DNA from: Candidatus Hinthialibacteria bacterium OLB16
GTDB taxonomy: Bacteria > Hinthialibacterota > Hinthialibacteria > OLB16
DNA length: 64,000 nt
Direction: 5' to 3'
Assembly: GCA_001567115.1 (NCBI GenBank)
Contig: LMZT01000020.1
Location: 17,651-81,650 of the forward strand
A program made the position numbers and the translations under genes. This document shows positions 29,461-40,082 of the stretch, one piece after another. The notes under the pieces were generated by a model that worked only from the letters and a program-made list of their open reading frames with translations, was not told the origin of the DNA and did no database searches. The first letter of the stretch is position 1; every line of letters starts with the position of its first letter.

Positions 29461-32054
29461 TTATTGAGGGCCTGGGGAGATTGGATTTCCATTGGGGCCA
29501 AGGACCTGGTGAATCTTCTCTTTGAGTTCTTTCATCCGGTAAGGTTTCTGAAGAAAGCCTGAAACTTCGATCCCATCGAAACGTTTTTGAAATTTCTTCC
29601 TGGCTGAATCCACTTGAAAGAATTACAGGAATCACTGGATCGATCCGGCGGATTTCACGGTACATTTCCTCTCCATCCATCTTCGGCATGGTGATGTCGA
29701 GAAGGATGCAGCAGATGCTCCGGTGTTCTTTCTGGAAAACTTCGAGTCCTGATTCCCCATCGTGTGCCATCAGCACATTGAATCCCATCGAACTCAGAAT
29801 CTTCGAGCCAACATCGAGGATGGTCTGCTCATCATCGACAAGCAGGATCGTGCCAGTCCGCAGGATTGGGGGTTCGTCCGCAACACACTGCCCAGTGCCG
29901 ATGACGGGCGGCTGGATGGCTGGCAGGAGCACCTGGAAAGTGGTCCCGGTGCCGATATTGCTGCTGACCTGAATGATTCCATCGTGGCCCTGGACAATGC
30001 CCAGCACTGCGGCCAGCCCAAGCCCTCTGCCGGTGAATTTGGTGGTGAAAAACGGCTCGAAGATTCTCTTTTGTGTGGTTTCAGACATTCCGCACCCGGA
30101 GTCTTTAATGACCAGGCTCACATATTTTCCTTCCGGCATGTCGCCTGTGCGTGGAACGGGATCAATACTTTTTGAATTCAACTCCAGGATTCCTGTGGAA
30201 ATCTGGATGCTGCCTGAATCGTCCCCGATGGCTTCGGCTGCATTGATGATCAGGTTCATGATGACCTGCCGCAGCTGGGATTCGTCACCCTTGACCCAGG
30301 GAGGTTGAGAGGAGGGATGGAAAGTCAGCGCCACCTTCTTTGGAATCGAGACCATCAGCATCTCTTTCATTTCTTCGATGATGCCATTCAGGTTAAGGGG
30401 TTGAATGACAAAATGCCCTCTCCCTGAGTAAGCCAGCATCTGGCGGCAGATGTCCGAAGCATGAAGAGAAGCCTGCAATGCCTTTGCCAGGCTGTGGGAA
30501 GTTGATGTTTCGGCGGGCAGGTCCGCCAGGCTGAGCTCGATATTCCCGATGATGGCCTGCAGCAGATTGTTGAAGTCATGCGCGATTCCGCCCGCCAGAA
30601 TCCCCAGGCTTTCGAGCTTCTGTGTCTGCTGCAGCAGGCGCTCCATTTCCAGGCGTTGTTTTTCCCCGGCCTTCAGGTCCGTAATGTCATGGGCGACCTG
30701 GACTATTCCATAGAGACGGCCATCGGCATCTCGAAGGGGAGTCGATGTGACCAGGAAAGTGCCACCCAGCAATGGATGATCAAGTTCACCCCGAAAGAAA
30801 GCCGCAGAATCCGGGGTTACACCATACTGATTGTGGAGATCGTGCTGGCTGCCTCCAGGATAAAAATTGAAATTACGGATCTGTTCCTGAGAAAGTGGCT
30901 CCATTCGTTCCTGGAGGGCCTGATTCATGCGCTGAACCCTGAATTCGGGATCCAGCAGGCAGACCAGGTCCGGAACTGCATTGAAGGTCCGTTCCCAGGC
31001 TTCCTGGGCATCACCCAGGGCACGCTGGCTCTCGATCAGGGATGTGACATTCCGAAGTTGAACAATATGGCCGGTGGGTTGGTGGTGGTATTTTCGAAGG
31101 GGATTGATCTGGACATCCAGCCATTGTTTTCCATCGGCTGCTTGAATCAGGTGGGTTGCTCCCGGGGAGCTGCTTCCATCTGCGTGTCCGATCAAGTCCG
31201 GCCAGGCTGGAAGAACTGCCACGATTGGCTGGCCGATATGGTTGCTGGAAATTCCCAGAAGCTTCCTTGCTGCTGGATTCGAATCGATCAGGCGATCCTG
31301 GTTGTCTGCCACCAGAACTCCATCGGCCTGGGAGGTAAAAAGAACTTCATAGGCGATTGGGGCAAGATCCAGAAGCCGGAAACGATAGATCGCCCATATC
31401 GTGACCAGTCCGGTAACTGTCAAAGCCATCGGTGTGAAGTCGATTTCCGGGATAGGGCTGTTGCCGGTGATAAAAGCAATGCTCGTCAGGATGGGAACCA
31501 CAACTCCCGCCAGCAGCAGCCAGGACTGTTTGCGATACAGATTTGGCAGCCAGACCAGATGATGGACCAGGCAGCCTGTCCCGAACAGCAGGCAGCCATA
31601 GGTAAAAACTATGTTCAGATAAAAAAGCGGTCCATGGGCATATCGCAGGATGTGTGGAGTGGCCGGACTGATTTCCGGCCAGAACAATCCGTGAAAATCA
31701 TTCGTGAAGGCACCGATGACCGTAATTGCCGGGATGATCCAGATGCCGATTCTGACACCTGGTTTCAGAAAACGGTGATTTCCGCAGTACTGGATAATGA
31801 ACAGAAACCAGGCCGGGCCGGTTGCGACAACCCCCAGATAACTCAGCTTGCCGCACCAGACCTTCAACCCCTGGCCAGGGATCACCAGTTCCATTCCGGC
31901 GAAAAAACGCCCATACCGCAATCCCGCCAAGCAGCAGGACTGCGCTGTGAGCGCCCTGAGTCAGCCAGCGCCTGCGCCAGGTATAAACAGCCAGTCCCCC
32001 CGCCAGCACTGAGGTGATCCCATGGATCAGGACCACGATCCACAATGGTACCAT
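29461..32054 (-). CDS. Hybrid sensor histidine kinase (7TM-PAS-PAS-HisKA-HATPase-REC); frameshifts near 31905 and 29586
   Basis: HisKA_7TM-like N-terminus, AGGIAHDFNNLL, NLIINAAEA, DSGCGM, FFTTKFTGRGLGL and receiver LVDDE/LLDITMP. The corrected end reads GFLQKPY...GPQ*. Confidence 0.9.
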
Positions 32055-32118
32055 GGACGATTCACTATCCTCGTTTCATATAGCCTTGAACCCAAAGGCT
32101 CTGTGCATTTTTCCAGTA

Positions 32119-33855
32119 TCAGCCGGGGCGAGTTTTTTTAAGGAGTTGGCAGAAATCGTTGAGCTCCCTGGTGTTTGCGATGGCCTCGCGGCCCAAACCT
32201 GCTTTCCGCGCCACATCGATGCCATAACGATTATCCGCCAAACCTGCCGTATTGTGCGCATCAGGATTAATACAGAATAGCACCCCCTTGTCACGGGCCT
32301 CCAGGCAGGCACGCCAGTCCAGGTCAAGCCGCCAGGGGTTGGAGTTGATCTCAATCCACTTTCCATTCCTCGCTGTGGCATCGATAACTTTTGCGACATC
32401 GACTGGATAAGGCTCTCTCTGAAGCAGCAGACGCCCGGTCATGTGCCCTAAGAATGTGATCCCCGGGGATTCGATCGCACAAATCAGCCGTTGTGTCATC
32501 TCGGCCTCGCTCAGAGCAAACTGGCTGTGAACCGATCCCACCGCAAAGTCGCATTCGAGCAGAATTTCTTCGGCAAAATCCAGTTCACCATCACGCAGGA
32601 TATCCACCTCGCTGCCTTTCAGTATCTTGACCGGTCCGCCCTGGCGGTTGTATCGATCGATTTCCTCCCACTGTTGAGCCAGCCTTTTTTCATCCAGGCC
32701 ATTGGCATAAAAGGCCGCTTTGCTGTGATCTCCAATCCCAAGGTATTGGTAGCCCAATGCACCGGCGGCGGCAGCCATTTCCTCGAGGCTCGCCTCGCCA
32801 TCGGAGGCGCGTGTATGGCAATGCAGTGTCCCCTTCAGGTCCCCGTATTCAATCAGGCTGGGAACCGCCCTGTTCATGGCCCAGCCGATTTCATGCAGGC
32901 CCTCGCGTAATTCAGGCGGGATGTAATCCAGCTCGAGCGCCCAGTAAATTGCCTCTTCATTCTGGCAGGACAGGATTTCACCATTTTCACGGGTCAGAGC
33001 GTATTCATTCAGGCGGTATCCAAAGGTCCTGGCCCGTGATCGCATCAGGGTGTTATGTTCTTTGCTGCCGGTGAAATAGTTCAAGGCAAATGGAAATTCA
33101 TCATCCGCGACCACACGCAAATCCGAGGCGATTCCATTCTCCAGAACCACACTTGCCTTGGTGGAGCCTTGGCCGGTAATGGTTTTGACCTGTGGCAGGC
33201 CGGTAAAAGCCTCGATCAGTTCCCCAGGCTCACGGGAGCTGGCCAGAAGATCGATGTCTTTGATGGTTTCCCTTCGGCGCCTCAAAGAACCGCACAGGCT
33301 GGCGCGAAGGGTGGCGGGGTGGCTGCTGACACTTTCGAAAAGGGGTTGAGCGGCAGATTCGGCTGCTGGAAGGAGAACCCTGGCCGCATAGGTTCTGACA
33401 CGCTCGATTCCCTCCAGGATTCTCTGCTCGGTTTTCTCCCCGAACCCGGATAATGCACGAATGATTCGGGCCTGGCAGGCTTTTTCGAGCTCATCGAGGG
33501 ACTGGATGCCCAGGGTCGAATAAAGGGTCTTCACTTTTTTGGGGCCGAGGTTGGGTATTTTCAGGAGATCGAACAGGGTTGGGGGAAATTGCCCGCGCAG
33601 CTTCTCGTAATATTCCAGGGTGCCGGTCACTGCCAGGGTCAGAATCTTTTCCTCGAGCGCCTTGCCGATCCCTTTTGTTTCACCCAGCTGCCCGCTCCGG
33701 ATCAGCTCCTCCAGAGACTCCCCGGTTGTTTCCAGCACTCGTGCCGCATTTGAATAAGCACGGGATTTGAAAGGGTTTTCTCCCGCCAGATCCAGAAGCA
33801 CAGCGATCTCTTCGAGAATCTGGATGACACTTTTCTTTTCGAGAATCAAATCCAT
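32119..33855 (-). CDS. polX: DNA polymerase X with PHP 3'-5' exonuclease domain
   Basis: GENPFKSRAY, HhH motifs, GSLRRRRETIKDID, YFTGSKEHN, and PHP motifs LHCHT and NPDAH. Confidence 0.95.
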   Translation of the reverse strand: MDLILEKKSVIQILEEIAVLLDLAGENPFKSRAYSNAARVLETTGESLEELIRSGQLGETKGIGKALEEKILTLAVTGTLEYYEKLRGQFPPTLFDLLKIPNLGPKKVKTLYSTLGIQSLDELEKACQARIIRALSGFGEKTEQRILEGIERVRTYAARVLLPAAESAAQPLFESVSSHPATLRASLCGSLRRRRETIKDIDLLASSREPGELIEAFTGLPQVKTITGQGSTKASVVLENGIASDLRVVADDEFPFALNYFTGSKEHNTLMRSRARTFGYRLNEYALTRENGEILSCQNEEAIYWALELDYIPPELREGLHEIGWAMNRAVPSLIEYGDLKGTLHCHTRASDGEASLEEMAAAAGALGYQYLGIGDHSKAAFYANGLDEKRLAQQWEEIDRYNRQGGPVKILKGSEVDILRDGELDFAEEILLECDFAVGSVHSQFALSEAEMTQRLICAIESPGITFLGHMTGRLLLQREPYPVDVAKVIDATARNGKWIEINSNPWRLDLDWRACLEARDKGVLFCINPDAHNTAGLADNRYGIDVARKAGLGREAIANTRELNDFCQLLKKTRPG

Positions 33856-34049
33856 GGCTGGCAGTTTTCCTTGCCCTTTGATCATATCAAAGACCACGCG
33901 GGATGAGAGGATCCTCCGGATCACTTTCAACTCGAAAGCAGCTGGCGAAAAAAGGGGATGATTTGTCCGATGGGGCACTTCTCAGAAAGTGTTTTGAGAG
34001 TTAGTCTAAATCTGAGTACAAAGGTCGGATGTTCTAGCAGAGGAAAGTT

Positions 34050-35882
34050 ATGGCGGATCAGGCACACAAAGGATTCTCCGGTGATGGAGCGGAAGAGAGC
34101 GAGCAGAAGAAATCTCTCTCTCTCGATGACCTGATGGAAGCAGCCGGTTTCATTACCGACACCCCCAAAGAAGGGATCGAGGATGAAGCGGCCCAGCCCT
34201 ACAGGTCTCCCGATTACGGAACAGAAGTTTTCGGCCAGCAGGACACAGGCCAGCTTCAGAAAGGGCTGGCGGATATTCTCGGCATCCCTTATGTCGATGT
34301 CTCCGCGATCCGTCCCACCCCGGAGCTGCTCAAGGTCATCCCCAAAAAAACAATCGTCAAATACAAGATATTTCCTGTGGAAGCCTCTCCGACCACCCTC
34401 AAGGTGGCCTTCTCCGATCCCTATGATGTCAATGCCCTCACCGATGTCCAGCTGATCGCGGATGACATGGGGCTGGTCCTCGAGCAGTGCCTGGGAGATG
34501 AGCAGGATATTGCACGCTCCATCGATCGGTATTACACCGCGGAGCGTAATGAGATCATCGGGATGATCGACCAGGTGTCCGACCAGCTCGCGACTTCGGG
34601 AGCCGGCAGACCCTCTCAGGCCGATAATGTCATCGACCTTTCGAACCTGGGCGATGAAGAAGATTTCTCATCACTGGCTAAATCCCTTGAAAATGCCGAT
34701 CTGGATTCGGTTGAAGCCCCGATTGTCCGCCTCATCAACCTGATCTTCCAGAAAGCCTTGCGGATGCGCGCCAGCGATATTCATTTTGAGCCATATACCG
34801 ATGAATTCCGCATCCGGTTCCGGGTGGATGGCGTGCTCCAGGATATCGACAGCCCCCCCACCAAACTTCAGCCTGCGATTCTCTCCCGGCTGAAAATTCT
34901 GTCCGGGATGGACCTTGCCGAAAAAAGAATCCCGCAGGATGGGCGTATCCAGATGAGGATCGACAACAAGGATATCGACTTCCGTGTTTCGGCGCTTCCG
35001 GCGATCTGGGGTGAGAGTGTGGTTCTCCGAATTCTCGACAAGACCGGCCTCGTGCTGGGTCTGGAAGAAGTCGGTTTCATGCCCGACAATGTGGCCCTGT
35101 TCCAGCGCCTGATCAAGCGCCCCAATGGAATTATCCTGATGACCGGTCCCACCGGCTGCGGAAAAACCACCACCCTCTATGCAGCCCTCAATTCGATCAA
35201 CACGGTCGATGTCAAAATCATTACTGTCGAAAACCCGGTGGAATATATGATCGAGGGCATCAACCAGGTTCAGGTAAATGAAGATATCGGCCTGGACTTT
35301 GCCCTGGCGCTCCGCACCATGCTCCGTCAGGCCCCCAATGTCATTCTCGTCGGTGAAATGCGTGACCTCGAAACCGCCGAAACCGGCATCCGGGCTGCCC
35401 TTACAGGCCACCTGGTTTTCAGCACCCTCCACACCAACGATGCCCCCAGCGCCACCACACGTCTGATCGAAATGGGGATCAAACCCTACCTGGTCGCTTC
35501 AGCTCTGCAGGCGATTATTGCTCAACGCCTTGTCAGGCGCATCTGCCCGGAATGCAAAGAGCCTTATTACCCGCCCCCGGCACACATCGAAGAACTGGGT
35601 TTCAATCCGGATGATTACCGTGGACAGCCATTTTACCAGGGTGTCGGCTGCCACACATGCAGTTACTCCGGGTATCGTGGCCGAACCGCCATCCATGAAA
35701 TCATGGTCTTGAGCGATGATCTGCGCGGGATGGTTCTCAAAACTTCCTCGGCGGAAAAGGTTCGAAGAAAAGCACGCGAAGAAGGCATGCGCACACTCCG
35801 CGAAGATGGCTGGCAGAAGGTTCTGCGTGGGGATACCACCATCGAGGAAGTGATGCGTGTGACTGCAGATGAGCTGAAATAG
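34050..35882 (+). CDS. Second PilB/GspE-family ATPase (stand-alone)
   Basis: ASDIHFEP, EKRIPQDGR, GPTGCGKTTT, GEMRD, TGHLVFSTLHTND and CPEC/CHTC. Confidence 0.93.
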   Translation: MADQAHKGFSGDGAEESEQKKSLSLDDLMEAAGFITDTPKEGIEDEAAQPYRSPDYGTEVFGQQDTGQLQKGLADILGIPYVDVSAIRPTPELLKVIPKKTIVKYKIFPVEASPTTLKVAFSDPYDVNALTDVQLIADDMGLVLEQCLGDEQDIARSIDRYYTAERNEIIGMIDQVSDQLATSGAGRPSQADNVIDLSNLGDEEDFSSLAKSLENADLDSVEAPIVRLINLIFQKALRMRASDIHFEPYTDEFRIRFRVDGVLQDIDSPPTKLQPAILSRLKILSGMDLAEKRIPQDGRIQMRIDNKDIDFRVSALPAIWGESVVLRILDKTGLVLGLEEVGFMPDNVALFQRLIKRPNGIILMTGPTGCGKTTTLYAALNSINTVDVKIITVENPVEYMIEGINQVQVNEDIGLDFALALRTMLRQAPNVILVGEMRDLETAETGIRAALTGHLVFSTLHTNDAPSATTRLIEMGIKPYLVASALQAIIAQRLVRRICPECKEPYYPPPAHIEELGFNPDDYRGQPFYQGVGCHTCSYSGYRGRTAIHEIMVLSDDLRGMVLKTSSAEKVRRKAREEGMRTLREDGWQKVLRGDTTIEEVMRVTADELK

Positions 35883-35894
35883 GCCCGGGCAGTG

Positions 35895-36179
35895 CTAATC
35901 TTTGAGATTCGTGTAGATCAGAAAGCTCAGGAACAGAAACCCCAGCAGTCCATAGGTGCACACCCACAGCGCCAGCATGCCGGCATTGATGTCGATATAT
36001 TGCCCCGACAAAAGGACAATCATCGACCAGCCATACACCACCACCCAGGTGATCAGAAATGTCTTCTGCCAGTTGCGGTATGCGCACACCAGAGCGATCC
36101 CGATGCCGAAAAAAAGGGCATAATCACTGACACCATAACTCGACCAGGCTGTTTTCCAGGCATCAATCAAATCCTGCAT
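35895..36179 (-). CDS. Small three-TM membrane protein
   Basis: 94 aa with three hydrophobic segments; AAGGG upstream; fills an otherwise empty gap. Confidence 0.65.
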   Translation of the reverse strand: MQDLIDAWKTAWSSYGVSDYALFFGIGIALVCAYRNWQKTFLITWVVVYGWSMIVLLSGQYIDINAGMLALWVCTYGLLGFLFLSFLIYTNLKD

Positions 36180-36265
36180 GGCAAACCCCTTTCATTACCT
36201 GATAAATATGTTATAGCGGATATGTTGTATATGTCAAATAATATTTTCGGGGAGATCTTACCATC

Positions 36266-37276
36266 ATGCTGATCGAGGGTGGTTCCCAGTCCTTGTTGGT
36301 CCTCGATCGTCTCCAGACCTCATTCTACCGCAAGGGAAGGGAAGTTCGTGCGGTCGATGGTGTTTCGCTGGAGGTTCATGCCGGTGAGGTGGTTGGCCTG
36401 GTGGGTGAATCCGGTTGTGGAAAAAGCGCGACTGCCTTATCCATCCTGCGTCTGATCCCATCTCCACCCGGGAAAATCGTGGGTGGAAAAATCCTGTTTA
36501 ATGGAAATGATCTGCTCGCCCTGAATGATAAGGACATCCGGAAAATTCGGGGGAATAAAATTTCCATGATCTTCCAGGAGCCGATGACAGCCCTGAATCC
36601 GGTTTTCACTGTCGGCAACCAGATTGCCGAGGTCTTCCGGGTTCATCGTGGCATGAATCGGAGAGAAGCCCTGGATGCAAGCATCGCAATGCTGACTCAG
36701 GTCAGGATGCCGGAACCGGCCAAAAGAGCCAGAGAATACCCCCACCAGCTGTCTGGAGGGATGCGCCAGAGGGTCGTCATCGCCATGGCACTTGCTTGCC
36801 GCCCCGAGCTCCTGATTGCTGATGAGCCAACTACTGCGCTGGATGTGACAGTCCAGGCGCAGATCCTCGCCCTGATGGAGCAGCTGCGGAAGGAAAATGG
36901 ATGCGCTGTTCTGTTCATCACCCATGACCTCGGGATTGTGGCCGAATTTTGTACCCGGGTAGCGGTCATGTATGCCGGACAAATTGTGGAAGTAGGACCT
37001 GTCAGCCGGATCTTCGAGGAGCCAAGGCACCCCTACACCCAGGGGCTGATCCGCTGTGTCCCACGGGTGGACCGCCCCCGCCGCGGCAGGCTGCCGGTGA
37101 TTCCAGGAACTGTTCCCGAGTTTAAGGAAGCCTTGCCCGGGTGCCGCTTCGCGCCCAGATGCGACCAGAAAATGCCTGAATGTGAAAGATATAAACCTGA
37201 ACTCAAACCGATTTCAGGGACCGACATCCAGGTGCGCTGCTTCCTTCATCACCCCCCGGATGCATCCGGAGAGTGA
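36266..37276 (+). CDS. Oligopeptide/dipeptide ABC transporter ATP-binding subunit (OppD/DppD-like)
   Basis: GESGCGKS, FQEPMTALNP, YPHQLSGGMRQR, HPYT and GCRFAPRC. Confidence 0.95.
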   Translation: MLIEGGSQSLLVLDRLQTSFYRKGREVRAVDGVSLEVHAGEVVGLVGESGCGKSATALSILRLIPSPPGKIVGGKILFNGNDLLALNDKDIRKIRGNKISMIFQEPMTALNPVFTVGNQIAEVFRVHRGMNRREALDASIAMLTQVRMPEPAKRAREYPHQLSGGMRQRVVIAMALACRPELLIADEPTTALDVTVQAQILALMEQLRKENGCAVLFITHDLGIVAEFCTRVAVMYAGQIVEVGPVSRIFEEPRHPYTQGLIRCVPRVDRPRRGRLPVIPGTVPEFKEALPGCRFAPRCDQKMPECERYKPELKPISGTDIQVRCFLHHPPDASGE

Positions 37277-37283
37277 TCCGCCA

Positions 37284-38483
37284 TCATCTCTGTGCATGTT
37301 TTCGGATGCAGCCCACCAGGTATTCGATCCCCTCTACGGTCATTCGGGGATGAATGGGAAGAGTGACCAGCTTTTCCGCGATCGATTCCGCCACCGGGTA
37401 CTGGCCGCGGTGAAATCCCCGTTTCTGGAATGCCTGTGTCCAGTTGAGTGGGTTGTAGTGGGTTCCGACTTTGATCCCGCAGTCATGCAGCATGGTGTAG
37501 ATGAAATCTTCCTTGTTCATTCCATAGACCTGTGGATCGATCAGCAGCGGATACAGATGGAAAACATGCTTGCATCCCGGAGCCACTGTCGGCAGAGTCA
37601 GCCCGGGAATATCTTTCAGCCCCTCGGTGAGAATCTGTGCAATCTGGATTCGCCTGGCATTGAGTTGTTCGAGTTTCCTGAGCTGGATCAGACCGGCAGC
37701 CGCCTGGATATCGGTCATCCGGAAGTTGTACCCGGCATCATCGAAATCCTGCCACCAGAAACGTTTCCCCATCGGGAACTGTGATTCATCGATGCGGCAG
37801 TACTTGGTCGAATTTCCATAGACACGCGCGCAGTGTGAACGGTACAGGGCAATCCTCTCGAAAAGATCCGGATCATCCGTGACGATCATCCCTCCCTCCC
37901 CGAGGGTCGACATGTTCTTCTGTTCATGAAAACTGAAACAGCCGGTTGCACCGAAATGCCCGGCCCGGATTCCCCTGTATTCACCCCCGACTGCATGGCA
38001 GGCATCTTCGACTACTGCAAACCCGTGTTTCCTCGATAAGTCGAGGATTGGATCCATGTCACAACACTGGCCATACAAATGCACCGGGATGACAACCCTG
38101 GTGTTCGCGGTGACCTTCTTTTCGATCTCATTCGGATCGATGTTATATGTGGCAGGATCGACATCGACAAAATCCACTTCTGCCCCGAGTGTGCAGGCAG
38201 CAGCGGCCGTGGCGATCCAGGTCAGCGGGGTCGTCAGGACCCTGTCACCCGGGCGGATGTCCAATGCGATCAGGGACAGGAACAATGCTGCAGTGCCATT
38301 GCTGACCACCCGCGCATGTGCACTTCCGATGTAGGCGGCGAATTCCTTTTCAAACTGAATGCAGGCATCTCCTGAGGTGGGTGCTCCCTTGCGCAACACC
38401 TCCAGGACTGCCTGCTCTTCCTCTGGACCGTATTCGCTGCCGAATTTGCTTTCCAGTTCAAATTTCACTTTTGGTGCTGTCAT
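37284..38483 (-). CDS. DegT/DnrJ/EryC1/StrS sugar aminotransferase
   Basis: SNGTAAL, PVHLYG, EDACHA, FSFHEQKNM..GEGG and GYNFRM. Confidence 0.93.
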   Translation of the reverse strand: MTAPKVKFELESKFGSEYGPEEEQAVLEVLRKGAPTSGDACIQFEKEFAAYIGSAHARVVSNGTAALFLSLIALDIRPGDRVLTTPLTWIATAAAACTLGAEVDFVDVDPATYNIDPNEIEKKVTANTRVVIPVHLYGQCCDMDPILDLSRKHGFAVVEDACHAVGGEYRGIRAGHFGATGCFSFHEQKNMSTLGEGGMIVTDDPDLFERIALYRSHCARVYGNSTKYCRIDESQFPMGKRFWWQDFDDAGYNFRMTDIQAAAGLIQLRKLEQLNARRIQIAQILTEGLKDIPGLTLPTVAPGCKHVFHLYPLLIDPQVYGMNKEDFIYTMLHDCGIKVGTHYNPLNWTQAFQKRGFHRGQYPVAESIAEKLVTLPIHPRMTVEGIEYLVGCIRKHAQR

Positions 38484-38526
38484 GTTCCCTTCCTTTCCTG
38501 CCGGAGTTTCAGGGGTCCCGGCTGCT

Positions 38527-39426
38527 TCAGTGGGTTCGCAGCTGCAGAAGATAATCTATCCCCTCCTCGATTCCTTTGAAACGAGTCGTGAGCTGAGATC
38601 GAGTCCAGTCCTGGTTCAGGGAGACATCCCGGGGGCGGGGGGCACGGCCCGGGATGGCATCGGCATTTTTAACAACGACAAGCGCTGGGTCATACCCCAG
38701 CCTGGCGGCGATTCGCTGTCCCATTTCATAACGTGTCAGTTTTTCGGTCCCGGCAAGATGGAAGATGCCGGTCAAGTCATTCCCGGCCAGCTCCAGGATG
38801 GCTTCCGCAAGAGTCTGAACATCGATCGGTGACCGGATTTCATTGTCCGGACACCCCACCTCCCTGCCACTGTGCAGGGCTGATTCCATCTTGTCCAGAA
38901 AGGAGTTCCCCTCGCCGCGGGTCGAAAACCCCATGACCAGACAAAGGCGCGCGATGGCCCATGGGATTTTTGACCCGGAGACAATCTGTTCAGCCGCCTG
39001 TTTTGTTTTTCCATAGAAATTAACCGGACTGGGTGAATCATGTTCCCTGTAGCCGCCCTGCTCACCATCGAAAACTGTATCGGTGGAAAGGTAAACCAGA
39101 CGGCACTGGCAGGTTTCACACAGATGGACCAGCTTCTCAGTCAGTTCGACATTGATCCGCCAGGCCAGCTCCGGATCCTTCTCGCAGGCATCGATATCCG
39201 CCATGGCAGCCGCATGGATAAGGCTTCCGGGGCGGGTTTCCTGCATGAACTTTTCAAGCCTGCTGAAATTTTCCTGCAGGTTCATGGTGTGCCAGAAATC
39301 AGATTCAATTCCCATCGGCTGGGTTTTGCTGGAAATTCCATGCAGCTCGAAGCGATCACTCCCTCTGGAAAATATGATTCCCCCGACAAATCCTCCGGCT
39401 CCAGTGAGAATCACTTTTTCTCCCAT
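38527..39426 (-). CDS. RmlD-like extended SDR (dTDP-4-dehydrorhamnose reductase family)
   Basis: TGAGGFVG, STDTVFDG, YGKTK and RPRDVSL. Confidence 0.9.
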   Translation of the reverse strand: MGEKVILTGAGGFVGGIIFSRGSDRFELHGISSKTQPMGIESDFWHTMNLQENFSRLEKFMQETRPGSLIHAAAMADIDACEKDPELAWRINVELTEKLVHLCETCQCRLVYLSTDTVFDGEQGGYREHDSPSPVNFYGKTKQAAEQIVSGSKIPWAIARLCLVMGFSTRGEGNSFLDKMESALHSGREVGCPDNEIRSPIDVQTLAEAILELAGNDLTGIFHLAGTEKLTRYEMGQRIAARLGYDPALVVVKNADAIPGRAPRPRDVSLNQDWTRSQLTTRFKGIEEGIDYLLQLRTH

Positions 39427-39561
39427 CGGTCCTTGACCTCCCCTTTATGGATGGCGTTGACAGCTGGCAGGTTGCATCCTAATGGTATCTCTCTCCCGGA
39501 TGGAGGGGTTTCGGATTGCAGACCATAGAAAAAAGAAAACCAAGAGGCACAGGCTAATCTC

Positions 39562-40068
39562 ATGGCAAAAACAGAATCTTTCGATGTATCGACCGGTGTT
39601 GACCTGCAGGAGGTGGACAATGCCATCAACCAGGCCCTCAAAGAGATCACACAGCGTTATGATTTCAAGAACCTGACAGTTCAGATCGACCTCGACCGCA
39701 AGGAAAACAAAGTCAACATCGATGCACCGGATGAATTCAAACTCAATGCGGTGTGGGAAGTGCTGCTCTCGAAGATGGTCAAACGGTCCGTGCCCACCCG
39801 CAACCTGCATCGCGGGAAGGTCGAAATCGGTTCGCATGGCCGTGCTCGCCAGACTGTTGACCTGATTCAGGGGCTGGATGCCGACCTGACTCGCAAGGTT
39901 GCCAAACTGGTGAAGGATGCCGGCCTCAAAAAGGTTCAGGTTACCATCCAGGGTGACCAGGTCAGGATTTCAGGCCCATCTCGGGATGACCTTCAGGCGG
40001 CGATTCACCTTCTGCGGGAACAGGATCTCGGAGTCGAATTGAAGTTCGGCAACTATCGCTCTAACTGA
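39562..40068 (+). CDS. yajQ: YajQ-family nucleotide/c-di-GMP-binding protein
   Basis: SFDV, EVDNAINQA..EI.QRYDFK, IQGDQVRISG..RDDLQ and FGNYR. Confidence 0.95.
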   Translation: MAKTESFDVSTGVDLQEVDNAINQALKEITQRYDFKNLTVQIDLDRKENKVNIDAPDEFKLNAVWEVLLSKMVKRSVPTRNLHRGKVEIGSHGRARQTVDLIQGLDADLTRKVAKLVKDAGLKKVQVTIQGDQVRISGPSRDDLQAAIHLLREQDLGVELKFGNYRSN

Positions 40069-40082
40069 GCCGAACCGGTCTG

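Noticed and set aside
30578-32017. 479-aa plus-strand ORF
   Set aside because: Antisense shadow of the histidine kinase with no recognisable motifs.
36200-36250. Three ATATGT direct repeats in an AT-rich divergent promoter
   Set aside because: Short and irregularly spaced, so plausible by chance.
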